Part shown: piece after piece, positions 19,789 through 29,551 of the stretch
Position numbering within the stretch: position 1 is the stretch's first letter
How the letters are laid out: every line of letters begins with the position of its first letter
Assembly: GCA_040756235.1 (NCBI GenBank)
Contig: JBFLZG010000105.1
Coordinates: 1 to 64,000 of the forward strand
Reading direction: 5' to 3'
Source of the DNA: a bacterium
Lineage (GTDB): Bacteria > Desulfobacterota > DSWW01
Length of the DNA stretch: 64,000 nt
The notes under the pieces: generated by a model
The model's input: the letters and a program-made list of their open reading frames with translations, nothing else
Told to the model about the DNA's origin: nothing
The model's database searches: none
Made by a program: the position numbers and the translations under genes

Positions 19789-20706
19789 TTATATCAGCGT
19801 ACCTCCGAGTGCCGCCCCCAGACCATCTTCAGATTCCTGCGGCGCGGCAGGAGTCCGTTCGATTCCCAGGTCGAGGCCGGCCTGGTCGAGGAGGGGAAGG
19901 AGGTGCCGCAGGCTGCGCGCGCCCGCCTCGCGGGGAGCGTCCTTGTACGTGTAGAGCTCCAGGCAGATGTCTTGGGCGTAGCCCAGCCGGATCATCGTCC
20001 TGAAGAGCCCGAGGAAATCGATCGCACCCAGGCCGGGGATGAGATGCTTGTGGGTCCGGTCCGAGGCGATGTCCTCGAGGTGCACGTGCCCGACCCACTC
20101 GAAAAGCTCCTCGAACGCCCGTTGCGGGTCCTCTCCCGCGCAGAAGAAGTGGCCCACGTCGAAGTTGACCCCCACCGCGCCGGTCCCCAGCTCCTTGATG
20201 AAGGTCTTCAGGGCCCGGCCGTTGTCGGACAGCATCGCGGGCTCCGGCTCGATCAGCAGCTTCACCCCCAGCTCCTCGGCCAGGGGCAGGACCGGCACCA
20301 GCCCGCGCCGGAAGTGAGCTGCGGTTTCGGCCGAAGTCAGCCTTCCCGGCGATGCGCCCGTTGGCAGAGAGACGTTGCGGCACCCCAGGAAGGAAGCCAG
20401 TCTCAGGGCTTTGAGGGTGTGATGGATCCGGATCTGGTGCCTTTGCGCGCTCGAACGGATCCAGGCCGGCAGGTGGTGGTCGCCATCGATGAAGACGGTG
20501 AGGCTGTTGAGGTTCGTGACCCGGAGGCCGCTTTCCTCGATCCGCACCTTCAGGGCCCCGAAATCGCAGGCGGCAAAATCCAGAGGAGGAAAGTGGGGCG
20601 GCTTGCAGACGATCTCGATGCCCTTGAACCCCAGCCCGGCGATCGCTGCAATCGCGTCGAACAAAGGATACTTGAAGAACGCGTTTGTGCTGTATCCGAG
20701 GAGCAT
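19789..20706 (-). CDS. Sugar phosphate isomerase/epimerase (xylose isomerase-like TIM barrel)
   Basis: LLIEPEP, NFDVGH, HVHLED, HLIPG.G.IDF, LELY. Confidence 0.85.
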   Translation of the reverse strand: MLLGYSTNAFFKYPLFDAIAAIAGLGFKGIEIVCKPPHFPPLDFAACDFGALKVRIEESGLRVTNLNSLTVFIDGDHHLPAWIRSSAQRHQIRIHHTLKALRLASFLGCRNVSLPTGASPGRLTSAETAAHFRRGLVPVLPLAEELGVKLLIEPEPAMLSDNGRALKTFIKELGTGAVGVNFDVGHFFCAGEDPQRAFEELFEWVGHVHLEDIASDRTHKHLIPGLGAIDFLGLFRTMIRLGYAQDICLELYTYKDAPREAGARSLRHLLPLLDQAGLDLGIERTPAAPQESEDGLGAALGGTLI

Positions 20707-20963
20707 GCTCGAGCCCGGCCCTCCCGCACGACGTCGCCCGTGATCTTCCGCAACTTCCTGGACGTGCTACCCGTTATCACTCATCCATCGCCTGTTGTCC
20801 ATACGGGCGCATGCAGGCGTCGAGGACCGCGGCGCCTCCCCCATGGCCAATGAAGAGATGCGGCGCGACGAGGCGCGGTTGCGTCGGGATTCCGCCTCGT
20901 CAGAATACAAACGCATATATAGAATGAAAAGCAACGCCGCAGATGGGCGTTTTGGGACAGGCT

Positions 20964-22352
20964 CTACATGCGGCTGAGGGCCATCGGATACTGCACGCAG
21001 GCGATCGTGGCGGTCTTGCCGTGGACCTCCTCGGCCGCGGCGATGGCTTCCTCCACGGTGGAGGCCGCCCCGAAGCCCAGGTGTCGAGCGAGCCTCGGCT
21101 CCCTGATCCCTGCCACGATGACGCCGGATGCGTGCCGCAGCCGCTTGAGGGGATGGGTGGCCATGAGGCCGTGGACCGGGTGAAAGCCGAACCCGGTGCG
21201 GTACTTGGCCAGGTAATCGGCGCGCCCGCTGAACTCGGGCTCGAACAGCTCCATGATCCGGTACGGATCGCGGCTCTCCGCGAGCACCCTGTCCCAGACC
21301 TCGCGATAGGACGGGTGGTGCACCTCGTCCCACCGGTCCGGACAGGGGGTCGCCAGGACCACGGTGCAGCCGGGCTTCCCGAGCGCTTCGATGACCCCGC
21401 CCAGGTAGCCCAGGCCCGTGGAGACGAGGGTCAGGAGCGGGTTCATGACCGAGAAGGAGGCATAGGGGCTCCAGTCCGGGACGCCGTAGAGGACGATGTC
21501 GGCCTTCTGCGGAAGCAGGTCCCGCCGCGCCACGTGGTGGACCCGGAGCACCTCCAGCGCGGCGCGCCGCGCCGCCCCCACGCTGCCGGACCACATGCGG
21601 GCCACCTGGAGAGGATTGGCGAGGATCGTCTCGAGCTTGAAGATCCGCTCCGGGCCGATCTTTTCTTCCACCAAGGCCCCCATCTGGTCCAGGATCTCGT
21701 GCAGCGGGTTGCGCTCCAGCGACATGCTCATCAGGTCCGGCGTGTGGTGCCAGCGGATGGACCGCCAGGTGGAGAGCCCCACGCAGACCGACTTCCAGCC
21801 TCCGCTGAATCCCCGGGTGCAGGACGTGTTCACGTAGATGGTGAGGTCCGAATCCACGACCAGACGGTTGAGCTCCACGTCGTGCCCGGCCGCCGTCCTG
21901 CCCAGGTGGACGAGGTTGTCAGGGTCTTCGGCATCATGGCACAGGAGCCGGTCCCCGAATTCCCGGACCAGCGGCTCCCCGAGGATGCGAGCAAGCTCTT
22001 CGGGCGCGAATTTTCGATGCACCGCGTTGGCGCACAGCAGCGTGACGCGCCCCCGGTCCACCCCCGCCTGCCCCAACTCCTCCAGGAGGATCGGGATCGC
22101 GCTCTCCCAGACCGGCGCATAGCAGGGCACGGTCGGGTCGTCGAAGGCGATGGTGACCCTCCGGCCCGGACGCGCCATCTCCCTCAGGGGAGGCCTGTCC
22201 AGAGGGTGCGCAAGGGCGGAGCGCACCGCGCCGGCCAGATCCTCCACGGGCGGCAGCGGAAGATCGAGGCCTGCGGCCGAGGGAAGATGCGTGCGATCAC
22301 CCGGCAGCCGCGCCGTGATCCACTTGTCGCCGAAGACCAGTTGCTTTTCCAC
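20964..22352 (-). CDS. Lactate racemase (LarA/DUF2088) domain protein
   Basis: IAFDDPT, ANAVHRK, CHDAED, ELNR, GFSGGWK; GTG start after AAGGAGGAG. Confidence 0.8.
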   Translation of the reverse strand: MEKQLVFGDKWITARLPGDRTHLPSAAGLDLPLPPVEDLAGAVRSALAHPLDRPPLREMARPGRRVTIAFDDPTVPCYAPVWESAIPILLEELGQAGVDRGRVTLLCANAVHRKFAPEELARILGEPLVREFGDRLLCHDAEDPDNLVHLGRTAAGHDVELNRLVVDSDLTIYVNTSCTRGFSGGWKSVCVGLSTWRSIRWHHTPDLMSMSLERNPLHEILDQMGALVEEKIGPERIFKLETILANPLQVARMWSGSVGAARRAALEVLRVHHVARRDLLPQKADIVLYGVPDWSPYASFSVMNPLLTLVSTGLGYLGGVIEALGKPGCTVVLATPCPDRWDEVHHPSYREVWDRVLAESRDPYRIMELFEPEFSGRADYLAKYRTGFGFHPVHGLMATHPLKRLRHASGVIVAGIREPRLARHLGFGAASTVEEAIAAAEEVHGKTATIACVQYPMALSRM

Positions 22353-22648
22353 CGTCTCCTCCTTGCCTGAAGCCCCGCCACCTGGAACCTGATACCTCTT
22401 TATGTCACACGGGCCGGTGCCGAGCAACAAATTTTGCATTTACCTTTCGTTGGCGCGTCCTTTTCGTCTCTGCCGTTCTCTAATGAATGGCGACTCCAGG
22501 CACCCTGGAGACGGATCAACCTGCCTCCGATCCCGTCCCTCGATATGCAACGGAAGCGCGCGCACGAGCACCGACCCGGTTGGGCTCCCACCTTGAACAC
22601 GTGGGGCCTCTTACGCTGAATCCTCGTGAGCCAAGGCCAAGGACCAGC

Positions 22649-24241
22649 ATGAACGAGCACGACAAAGAACGCATCATGGTTGAAGTGGAACACCGCGTCA
22701 TGGACCAGTACAACAGGGACCCGAGGACGGTGGAGCAATCCATCTTCGACACCCTTTACGAGGAGCGCCGGCGGCTCGAGACCGAAAAGGACAAGGGCAA
22801 GGCCAGGATCGAATCCCTGTTTTACGAACGGATCCAGTCCGAGGCCATCCGTTCGGGGCCGCAGCGCCAGCGCGAGCTCTTGCGGGAGCTCGTGCGTTTC
22901 TTCTGCCGCGAAGTGGCGGGCCATTTCGATCCACGAGTCTACTCCCTGGCAACCCGGGTAATCCCCCCCGCCATGAACGCCCTGCTCAACACCCTGAGCC
23001 CTCTGAAGCTCGTGCGATCCCTGCCGAACGGACTGAGCGAGCTGACCGATCAGCTCGAGATCACGGGCGAGGTCAAGGCCTTACAGACCGCGGCCAGGCT
23101 GGGCACCGCGGTCCTCGTCTCGACCCATCAGAGCCATCTGGACAGCATCCTGCTGGGCTTCGGCCTGTTCCGTATGGGCCTGCCGCCCTTCACCTACGGC
23201 GCCGGCCTGAACCTCTTTTCCAACAAGCTGATCGGCTTCTTCATGCACAACCTGGGCGCCTACAAGGTGGACCGCCGCAAGAAGGCCGAGCTGTACAAAG
23301 ACGTGCTCAAGACCTACGCGGGGTGCACGATGGAGCTCGGCTACCACAACATGTTCTTCCCGGGCGGGACCCGGAGCCGCAGCGGCTCGGTCGAAAAGAA
23401 GCTCAAGATGGGCCTGCTCGGCATGGGCCTGGATGCCTACATCCACAACCTCATTGCCAGGAAGGAGAAGCCCGACGTCTTCGTCGTGCCGTGCACCTTG
23501 AACTACCACCTCGTGCTGGAAGCCGAGACCCTGATCGGCGATCATCTCAAGGAGCTGGGCAGGAGCCGGTACGTGATCGAAGACGACGAGTTCTCCAAAC
23601 CCAAGGTGGTGCTCGATTTCGTCCGCAAGCTCTTCTCCCTGAGCTCGCGCATTCACCTGGTGGTGTCCAGGCCCCTGGACGTGTTCGGCAACCAGGTGGA
23701 CGAGGAGGGCCGGTCGCGGGACCGCCGCGGCCGGGTCATCGACCGCACCCGCTATGTCTTCCGCAACGGTCAGCCGGTCTTCGACCGGCAGCGGGACGAG
23801 GAGTACACCCGCGAGCTGGGGGCGAGCATCGTGGATGCCTTCCATCGCGACACCGTGCTGAAGTCCACCAACCTGGTCTCGAACGCCATGTTCAAATGGC
23901 TGCGGGAATGGAACTCGGAGATGGACCTTTACCGCCTGCTGCGGACCGGCGGCGCTGCCGAAAGCGTGCCGCTGCCGCAGATGTACCAGCGGATCGACGG
24001 CACCCTGGGGCTGCTGCGCAAGGAAGAGCAGGACGGTCGGCTCAGACTCGACGACACCCTCAAGCAGCGGGATGCCGCGGTGATCGTGAGCGAGGCCCTG
24101 GCGCACCTGAAGACCTACCACCGCCGGCCTGCCATGGTGCGGCGGGGGGATCGCCTGTTCCACGTCGATCGGAACCTGATCCTATACTACCAGAACCGGC
24201 TGGCAGGGCTTTGCAGCCATCTTGCGGAGGCGGCGCAATGA
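22649..24241 (+). CDS. Glycerol-3-phosphate acyltransferase (PlsB-like)
   Basis: HX4D motif HQSHLD, AGLNL, GAYKVDR, FFPGGTRSRSG. Confidence 0.85.
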   Translation: MNEHDKERIMVEVEHRVMDQYNRDPRTVEQSIFDTLYEERRRLETEKDKGKARIESLFYERIQSEAIRSGPQRQRELLRELVRFFCREVAGHFDPRVYSLATRVIPPAMNALLNTLSPLKLVRSLPNGLSELTDQLEITGEVKALQTAARLGTAVLVSTHQSHLDSILLGFGLFRMGLPPFTYGAGLNLFSNKLIGFFMHNLGAYKVDRRKKAELYKDVLKTYAGCTMELGYHNMFFPGGTRSRSGSVEKKLKMGLLGMGLDAYIHNLIARKEKPDVFVVPCTLNYHLVLEAETLIGDHLKELGRSRYVIEDDEFSKPKVVLDFVRKLFSLSSRIHLVVSRPLDVFGNQVDEEGRSRDRRGRVIDRTRYVFRNGQPVFDRQRDEEYTRELGASIVDAFHRDTVLKSTNLVSNAMFKWLREWNSEMDLYRLLRTGGAAESVPLPQMYQRIDGTLGLLRKEEQDGRLRLDDTLKQRDAAVIVSEALAHLKTYHRRPAMVRRGDRLFHVDRNLILYYQNRLAGLCSHLAEAAQ

Positions 24242-25272
24242 GCCCACGCCAGCCCTCGGACTCGTCGGACGTCCTGGTCGTCGGCGGCGGCAGCTTCGGC
24301 ACCGCCCTGGCAAGCCTGCTGGCGGAGCTCGGCCGCGACGTGCTCCTGTGGGTGCGGCGCAAAGAGCAGGCTGAAGAAATCAACACCCAGCACACGAACA
24401 ACAGGTACTGCCCGGGTCAACCGCTCCCGGCCGGCCTGCGCGCCACCACGGACCTGCGCGCCGCGATCCGCACCGCGCCGATCGTGCTCGTCGTCATCCC
24501 CTCGCGCTCCTTCCGCGAAGTGGCCGCGCAGATCGGCGACCATATCCAGGGGGATCAGATCCTGGTGCACGCCACCAAAGGCATCGAGATCGGGACGTTC
24601 AAGCGGATGACCGAGATCCTCCGGGAAGAGACCTGCGCCCTCAAGATCGGCGTCTTCTCCGGACCCACTCTGGCGGTCGAGATCATGTCGCGCCATCCCG
24701 TGGGTGCCACGGTCGCCTCCCGCTACCGGGAAGTGGTGGACCGGGTGCAGGCCCTGTTCCGGAGCGACCGCATGCGCGTGTACGGGGGCCACGACGTCAT
24801 CGGCACCGAGCTGGGCGGAGCGTTCAAGAACATCGTCGCCCTGGCCGCGGGCAGCGTGGACGGCATGGGGTTCGGTGACAACACCAAAGCCCTGGTCATG
24901 ACCCGCGGCCTGAGCGAGATGACGCGCTTCGGGGTCGCCCTCGGTGCCGACGTCTTCACCTTCGGCGGCCTGGCCGGGATCGGCGACCTGATCACCACCT
25001 GCGCCTCGCCGCTCAGCCGCAATCACCGCGTCGGGGTGGCCCTGGCCAAGGGCGAGAAGCTGGACGACATTCTGCGCGGTCTCGGGCAGGTTGCCGAGGG
25101 GGTGCCGACCACGGCGGCGGTGCACCGCCAGGCCCTGGACCTCGGCCTGGACCTGCCGATCGTGCGCGCCGTCCACGCCTCCCTGTACGAGGGCGTTTCG
25201 ACCTTCGCTGCCATGGCGGAGCTGATGAAACTGCCGGTGGGCAGCGAGCTGGCTGCGCTCCGGTACAGCTGA
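24238..25272 (+). CDS. gpsA: NAD(P)H-dependent glycerol-3-phosphate dehydrogenase
   Basis: GGGSFGTA, TKGIE, SGP, KNIVALAAG, GIGDLITTC, SRN, AEGV; ATGA overlap with the upstream gene. Confidence 0.95.
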   Translation: MSPRQPSDSSDVLVVGGGSFGTALASLLAELGRDVLLWVRRKEQAEEINTQHTNNRYCPGQPLPAGLRATTDLRAAIRTAPIVLVVIPSRSFREVAAQIGDHIQGDQILVHATKGIEIGTFKRMTEILREETCALKIGVFSGPTLAVEIMSRHPVGATVASRYREVVDRVQALFRSDRMRVYGGHDVIGTELGGAFKNIVALAAGSVDGMGFGDNTKALVMTRGLSEMTRFGVALGADVFTFGGLAGIGDLITTCASPLSRNHRVGVALAKGEKLDDILRGLGQVAEGVPTTAAVHRQALDLGLDLPIVRAVHASLYEGVSTFAAMAELMKLPVGSELAALRYS

Positions 25273-25321
25273 ACGACCGGCGAGCAGCCGAGGTGTTTTG
25301 TAAGAGGTGCCGATTTTCTCA

Positions 25322-25420
25322 CCTTCTCCCCTTGCCGAGGGGAGAGGGCCGGGATGAGGGGTGAATCTGCTCCCGTCTCCCCCTCACCCTAACCCTCTCC
25401 CCCGCGCACGGGGGAGAGAG
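25322..25420. repeat. CCCTCACCC-type palindromic intergenic repeat
   Basis: ccttctcccc...ggggagaggg...ccctcaccctaaccctctcccc...ggggagag; a related copy lies at 42444-42546. Confidence 0.7.
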
Positions 25421-25441
25421 AATTTCTCATCGAGGTGTGAC

Positions 25442-26335
25442 ATGGGACTCTGCTACCCCCTGAGCGTAGAGGACCAACGCACGCTGCCGGACGGCTACGA
25501 TGGCCCTGCGTTCGTGTGGGACCTGGACAAGACCTACCTGTCCACCGCCTTTTCCTCCCTGCGCGGCATGCTCCGCATCCCCTTGGAATTCGCCGTGGAC
25601 AAGCTCTCCATTCCGGGAATGCCCGAGATCCTGCGCGGTCTCCGCAGGGGGTCTGCGCCCGGTTTTGCATGCCTTCCCCTGTACTTCGTGACCGCCAGCC
25701 CGCCCCAGCTCAGAAAAGCGGTCGAGAACAAGATGCTGCTCGATGCGGTCGAATACGACGGCATCACCTGCAAGGATTGGTGGGCCGCTCTCAGGCAGGG
25801 CAAGCCGCAAAGGCTCCGGGACCAGGTGGGCTTCAAGATTTGCGCGTTGCTGGATGGGAGACAGCGCCGCCCGATGGCCCGGGAGTATCTGTTCGGGGAC
25901 GACGTCGAGAAGGATCCCGTGGCCTTCCAGATCTACGCCCTTCTCATCAACGGCGCCCTCTCCGCGGGAGAGGCCCAGAGCAGGATGGTGGCCGAAGGGG
26001 TCTCCAGGGATGATCGCGCGTGTGTCTTCGACCTGCTCAGCATGCTCCCACGCAATCGCGGCAAGGTGAGAAGCATCTTCATCCACCTGGAAAAAGGGAC
26101 GCCGCCCGCCGCATTCGAGTCGCTGGGGCCGGTGGTGGTCCCGGTCAGAGGGGCCTTCCAACTCGGTCTGGCGCTCTACGGAGAAGGCCTCGTCGACCGG
26201 CGCACCGTCCTGGAAGCGCGTGCGGCTCTGGGCTCCGGCTTCCTGTCCGCAGACGGATCCGCGCACGAAGCCGTGGCCGATGCCGTGGAGCGCGGCCTGA
26301 TCTCCGAAGGGAAGCTGAAAGAGCTCGGCCTCTGA
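25442..26335 (+). CDS. HAD-superfamily phosphatase (App1/LNS2 phosphatidate-phosphatase-like)
   Basis: WDLDKT (DxDxT), FVTASP, conserved Lys, FGDDVEKD. Confidence 0.65.
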   Translation: MGLCYPLSVEDQRTLPDGYDGPAFVWDLDKTYLSTAFSSLRGMLRIPLEFAVDKLSIPGMPEILRGLRRGSAPGFACLPLYFVTASPPQLRKAVENKMLLDAVEYDGITCKDWWAALRQGKPQRLRDQVGFKICALLDGRQRRPMAREYLFGDDVEKDPVAFQIYALLINGALSAGEAQSRMVAEGVSRDDRACVFDLLSMLPRNRGKVRSIFIHLEKGTPPAAFESLGPVVVPVRGAFQLGLALYGEGLVDRRTVLEARAALGSGFLSADGSAHEAVADAVERGLISEGKLKELGL

Positions 26336-26359
26336 TGCGCCGGGGCAATTCAATTCTCC

Positions 26360-26565
26360 CGGTCATTCCGCCGTCATTCCCGCGCAGGCCGGAATTCGGT
26401 CCCTGCTGCCGTCTTTCCGTCACCCCGGCGGAGGCCGGGGTCCAGTCCCTGTTACCCGGCAACTACCGCTGTGCATGATGCACCCTTCCGGATCCCGGCC
26501 GGCACGCGCTCCGCAGCCGGGCCGGGATGCCGCAGGAGGGCGACGCATGCGTCGCCCTCTACAAG
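26360..26565. repeat. REP doublet plus GTAG-type REP
   Basis: gtcaccccggcggaggccggggtccag...ggatcccggc...gccgggatg; GGGCGACGCATGCGTCGCCC at 26538-26557. Confidence 0.75.
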
Positions 26566-26602
26566 AGGTGGCCGCGCGGGCGGCCTCCGAACGATTTTTT
26601 CG

Positions 26603-26650
26603 TTGACTTCGCGAACATTGTTCACTAATGTAAACTTCGTTCACAGTGAA
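26603..26650 (+). promoter_or_regulatory. Sigma70 promoter overlapped by tandem palindromic operators
   Basis: TTGACT-17-TAATGT; GCGAACATTGTTCAC (26611-26625) and GTAAACTTCGTTCAC (26630-26644). Confidence 0.6.
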
Positions 26651-26683
26651 TCGAATCCAGACCCCCGAGAGGAGGGAACGCCC

Positions 26684-27976
26684 ATGTACGATTTCATGTT
26701 GAAACCCGAGGAGAGGGCCGTGCGCGACGAGGTTCGGAAGTTCGCGCGCGAGGAGGTTTCGGCCGATTTCCTGCGGAAGATGGACAAGGACGAAATCGTC
26801 TACCCCAGGGAATTCGTCGAGAAGCTCGCCCGGCGCAACCTGCGCGGCATCCGCTTTCCCAAGAAATACGGAGGCCGCGAGCTGAGCTGGGTGGCGGAGG
26901 TCGCCGCCACCGAAGAGATCGGATGTCTCGGCATGGCCCTGGGATGCGCCTTCGTCATGCCGTCGATCGTGGGAGAGGCGCTGAACCGGTTCGGCACCGA
27001 GCAGCAGAAGCAGAAATACCTCGTACCCTACCTCGCGGGCAAGCTCGTATCGGCCGAGGCCCTGACCGAGCCCCGGGGGGGCTCGGACTTCTTCGGCGCG
27101 ACCACCCGGGCCGTGCTCCAGGGCGACCACTTCGTGCTCAACGGCCAGAAGCGCTTCGTCGTGGGCGCGGAGGGATCGGAGTTCTTCCTGGTCTACTGCC
27201 GGACCAATTTCGAGCCGGACGCGCACAAGTACAACCGCATCAGCCTCCTCATCGTGGACAAGGGCCCGGGCGTGGAGACCGAGTACCTGTACGGCCTCAT
27301 GGGCTGCAGGGGCGGAGGCACCGGAAGGCTGGTCTTCCGGGACGTGAAGGTCCCCAGGGAAAACCTCCTGGGAGATCTGCACGGCGGTGCGCTCTGCTTC
27401 AACCAGATGATGATCCCGGAGCGGCTCACCTCGGCCGCGGGCTGCCTGGGCGTGTGGGGGGCCCTCGACGTCGCGGTCCGGTATTCGGACAAGCGCACGG
27501 CCTTCGGCAGTCTGATCCGCAAGTTCCAGGCCATCAACTTCCTGGTCGCAGACTCCATCGTCCAGCTCGACGCCGCCCGTGCCCTCACCTTCATGGCCGC
27601 GCGCGCCGTGGACGAGGACTACCCGAACATGCGCCGGATCGTGAGCGCGGCCAAGCGCTTCGCGACCGAGGCTGCCTGGAACGTCGTGAACAACGCCATG
27701 CAGGTCATGGGCGGCATCGGCTACACGGACGTCTACCCGCTCGAGCGGGCCCTGCGCGACACCCGCCTGGCCCTGATCTGGACCGGCACCAGCCAGATCA
27801 TGAACCTGCTCATCCAGCACGAGTACTACAACGAAGTGCTCAAGCAGCCTTACGAGCGGCGCAAGATGGAGCAGGACGCGATGCGCCCGGACGACAGCGA
27901 ACGCTGCTTCACGGACGAGGACATGTGGAAGGTCCACGAGGTGCAGCCGCCGAAGCGGGCGACGCCGCCGGCCTGA
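26684..27976 (+). CDS. Acyl-CoA dehydrogenase
   Basis: ALTEPRGGSD, LNGQKRF, RTAFG, GGIGYT; GGAGG RBS. Confidence 0.93.
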   Translation: MYDFMLKPEERAVRDEVRKFAREEVSADFLRKMDKDEIVYPREFVEKLARRNLRGIRFPKKYGGRELSWVAEVAATEEIGCLGMALGCAFVMPSIVGEALNRFGTEQQKQKYLVPYLAGKLVSAEALTEPRGGSDFFGATTRAVLQGDHFVLNGQKRFVVGAEGSEFFLVYCRTNFEPDAHKYNRISLLIVDKGPGVETEYLYGLMGCRGGGTGRLVFRDVKVPRENLLGDLHGGALCFNQMMIPERLTSAAGCLGVWGALDVAVRYSDKRTAFGSLIRKFQAINFLVADSIVQLDAARALTFMAARAVDEDYPNMRRIVSAAKRFATEAAWNVVNNAMQVMGGIGYTDVYPLERALRDTRLALIWTGTSQIMNLLIQHEYYNEVLKQPYERRKMEQDAMRPDDSERCFTDEDMWKVHEVQPPKRATPPA

Positions 27977-28050
27977 CCATCGACTCCGGGGCGAGCGACG
28001 CGTGCGTGGCCCTCGACGAAACAGGACACAACGGCAGCCAACTCTTTTCT

Positions 28051-28181
28051 GTCATTCCGGCGCAGGCCGGAATCCAGTCCCTGCACCCGGTGATTCGTAG
28101 GGGCGACCGGGGGTCGCCCTTACCTGATGGGACTTTCTGGATCCCGGCTCTCACGCGCTCCGCAGTCGGGCGGGATGACGA
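28051..28181. repeat. REP doublet
   Basis: gtcattccggcgcaggccggaatccag...ctggatcccggc...cgggatgacg. Confidence 0.75.
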
Positions 28182-28232
28182 GCACGTGTGCGCAAGTACG
28201 CCCACTTATCCACCGGATCAGGAGGTGCGGCC

Positions 28233-28739
28233 ATGGCAGCGGATCCATGGACCCTCGAAGAGCTCAGGGGCTTCCTGCTGAGGAACTGGATGACCCACGA
28301 CGCCCTGTGGCTCGGCGAGGTCGCGGCCCGGTCCGGAATGGCCGAGGCGAGCGCCATGAACCTCAGGGTCTGCAGGAGGCTCGGCACGATCGAAACCCGA
28401 AGGTTCCTGAAGACGGCCTCCCTCGCCCCGCCCAGGGACATGGCAGCCCTCAGGGGTGCGTTCGAACGCGCCGCTTCGGTGCTGGTGCCGCCCTTCTTTC
28501 ATGCCGACGTCGAGTTCGGTCCGGGCGACCAGGTCGTCTTCCACACGCACGACTGCTTCGCCTACAACGGCATGGTCAAGGCCGGCCTCATCCAGGACTA
28601 CGCGTGCGGCATCTTCGAGCGGATCGAGGGATGGTTCGACGCCATGGAAGCGAAATGCCGCCGCACGCCGGACCTGAGCCGCTGTCTCAAGCACCAGGGC
28701 GAGCCTTGTGTCGTGACCTTTCAGTTCGAGCTTGCGTGA
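28233..28739 (+). CDS. DUF6125-like (V4R-type ligand-binding) protein
   Basis: NWMTHDALW with spaced cysteines (DC...C...C...C); AGGAGG RBS. Confidence 0.6.
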   Translation: MAADPWTLEELRGFLLRNWMTHDALWLGEVAARSGMAEASAMNLRVCRRLGTIETRRFLKTASLAPPRDMAALRGAFERAASVLVPPFFHADVEFGPGDQVVFHTHDCFAYNGMVKAGLIQDYACGIFERIEGWFDAMEAKCRRTPDLSRCLKHQGEPCVVTFQFELA

Positions 28740-28762
28740 AGGAAGGGTGAGGAGGGATCCGG

Positions 28763-29365
28763 ATGCCGGCCGCACGTTGGCAGGACATGCGGAGCAGAGA
28801 ACGGGAAGGCCGACGGGAGCTCATCCTCGCATCCGCCCGCAAGCTCTTTGCCGAGAGGGATTTCCGAAGTGTCACCGTCAGGGAGATCGCGGGCGAGGCG
28901 GGCTTGAGCCCGGCCGCCATCTACCGCTACTACGGCAGCCTGGACGAGCTCTTCCTGGACGTCTTCTTTGCAGGCGCGCGGGAGATCACGGAGCGTCTGG
29001 ACCTCGAGATCCGCAGCAAGGGCGGCTGTTCGCTCCGCAGGCTCTGCGAGCTGTACGTTCTCTTCCTGAATGACAACATGACCTTCTACCAGATGATGGG
29101 CCACTTCATGCTGGGGGGCAAGCTCTCCCCCGAAGCCACAGAGCGGCTCAACCCGATCATGCGGAGGCTCATGGACCGGCTCGAGGAGATCGTCCGGGCC
29201 GCGGGGATCCGGAGGCGGACCCGGCTGGTCTCACACGCCCTCTTTTCGGCCCTGAACGGCGTCATGATCAGCTACGCCCAGTATCCGGGAAGAAGCCTGG
29301 AGGAAATCCGGCGCCACACCCTCCGGCTGGCCGGCATCGTCGCGGGGTTCTTCAGCAAGGAGTAG
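28763..29365 (+). CDS. TetR/AcrR family regulator
   Basis: ILASARKLFAE...VTVREIAGEAGLSPAAIYRYY. Confidence 0.92.
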   Translation: MPAARWQDMRSREREGRRELILASARKLFAERDFRSVTVREIAGEAGLSPAAIYRYYGSLDELFLDVFFAGAREITERLDLEIRSKGGCSLRRLCELYVLFLNDNMTFYQMMGHFMLGGKLSPEATERLNPIMRRLMDRLEEIVRAAGIRRRTRLVSHALFSALNGVMISYAQYPGRSLEEIRRHTLRLAGIVAGFFSKE

Positions 29366-29551
29366 GGGCGACCGGCCAACTCTCTCTTGATTGAAGATCT
29401 CTATTTCCATATTCTGCTCTGCCGGCGCGGGCGTCGCTGCGCCTGCGAAAAACGCGGCCTGCCCGCGTCGGGGTGAAGGCCTTACGCTTCCGGCGGGCAG
29501 GAGGTCGGGAAAGCGGGAAACGCGACACAAGGGTCAGAGAAGGAGCGAGGC

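Noticed and set aside
23323..24237. N-terminal extensions of the gpsA ORF, and likewise 59598-60317 and 62055-62507
   Set aside because: They are out-of-frame overlaps with upstream genes; the true starts are at coupled ATG or GTG codons
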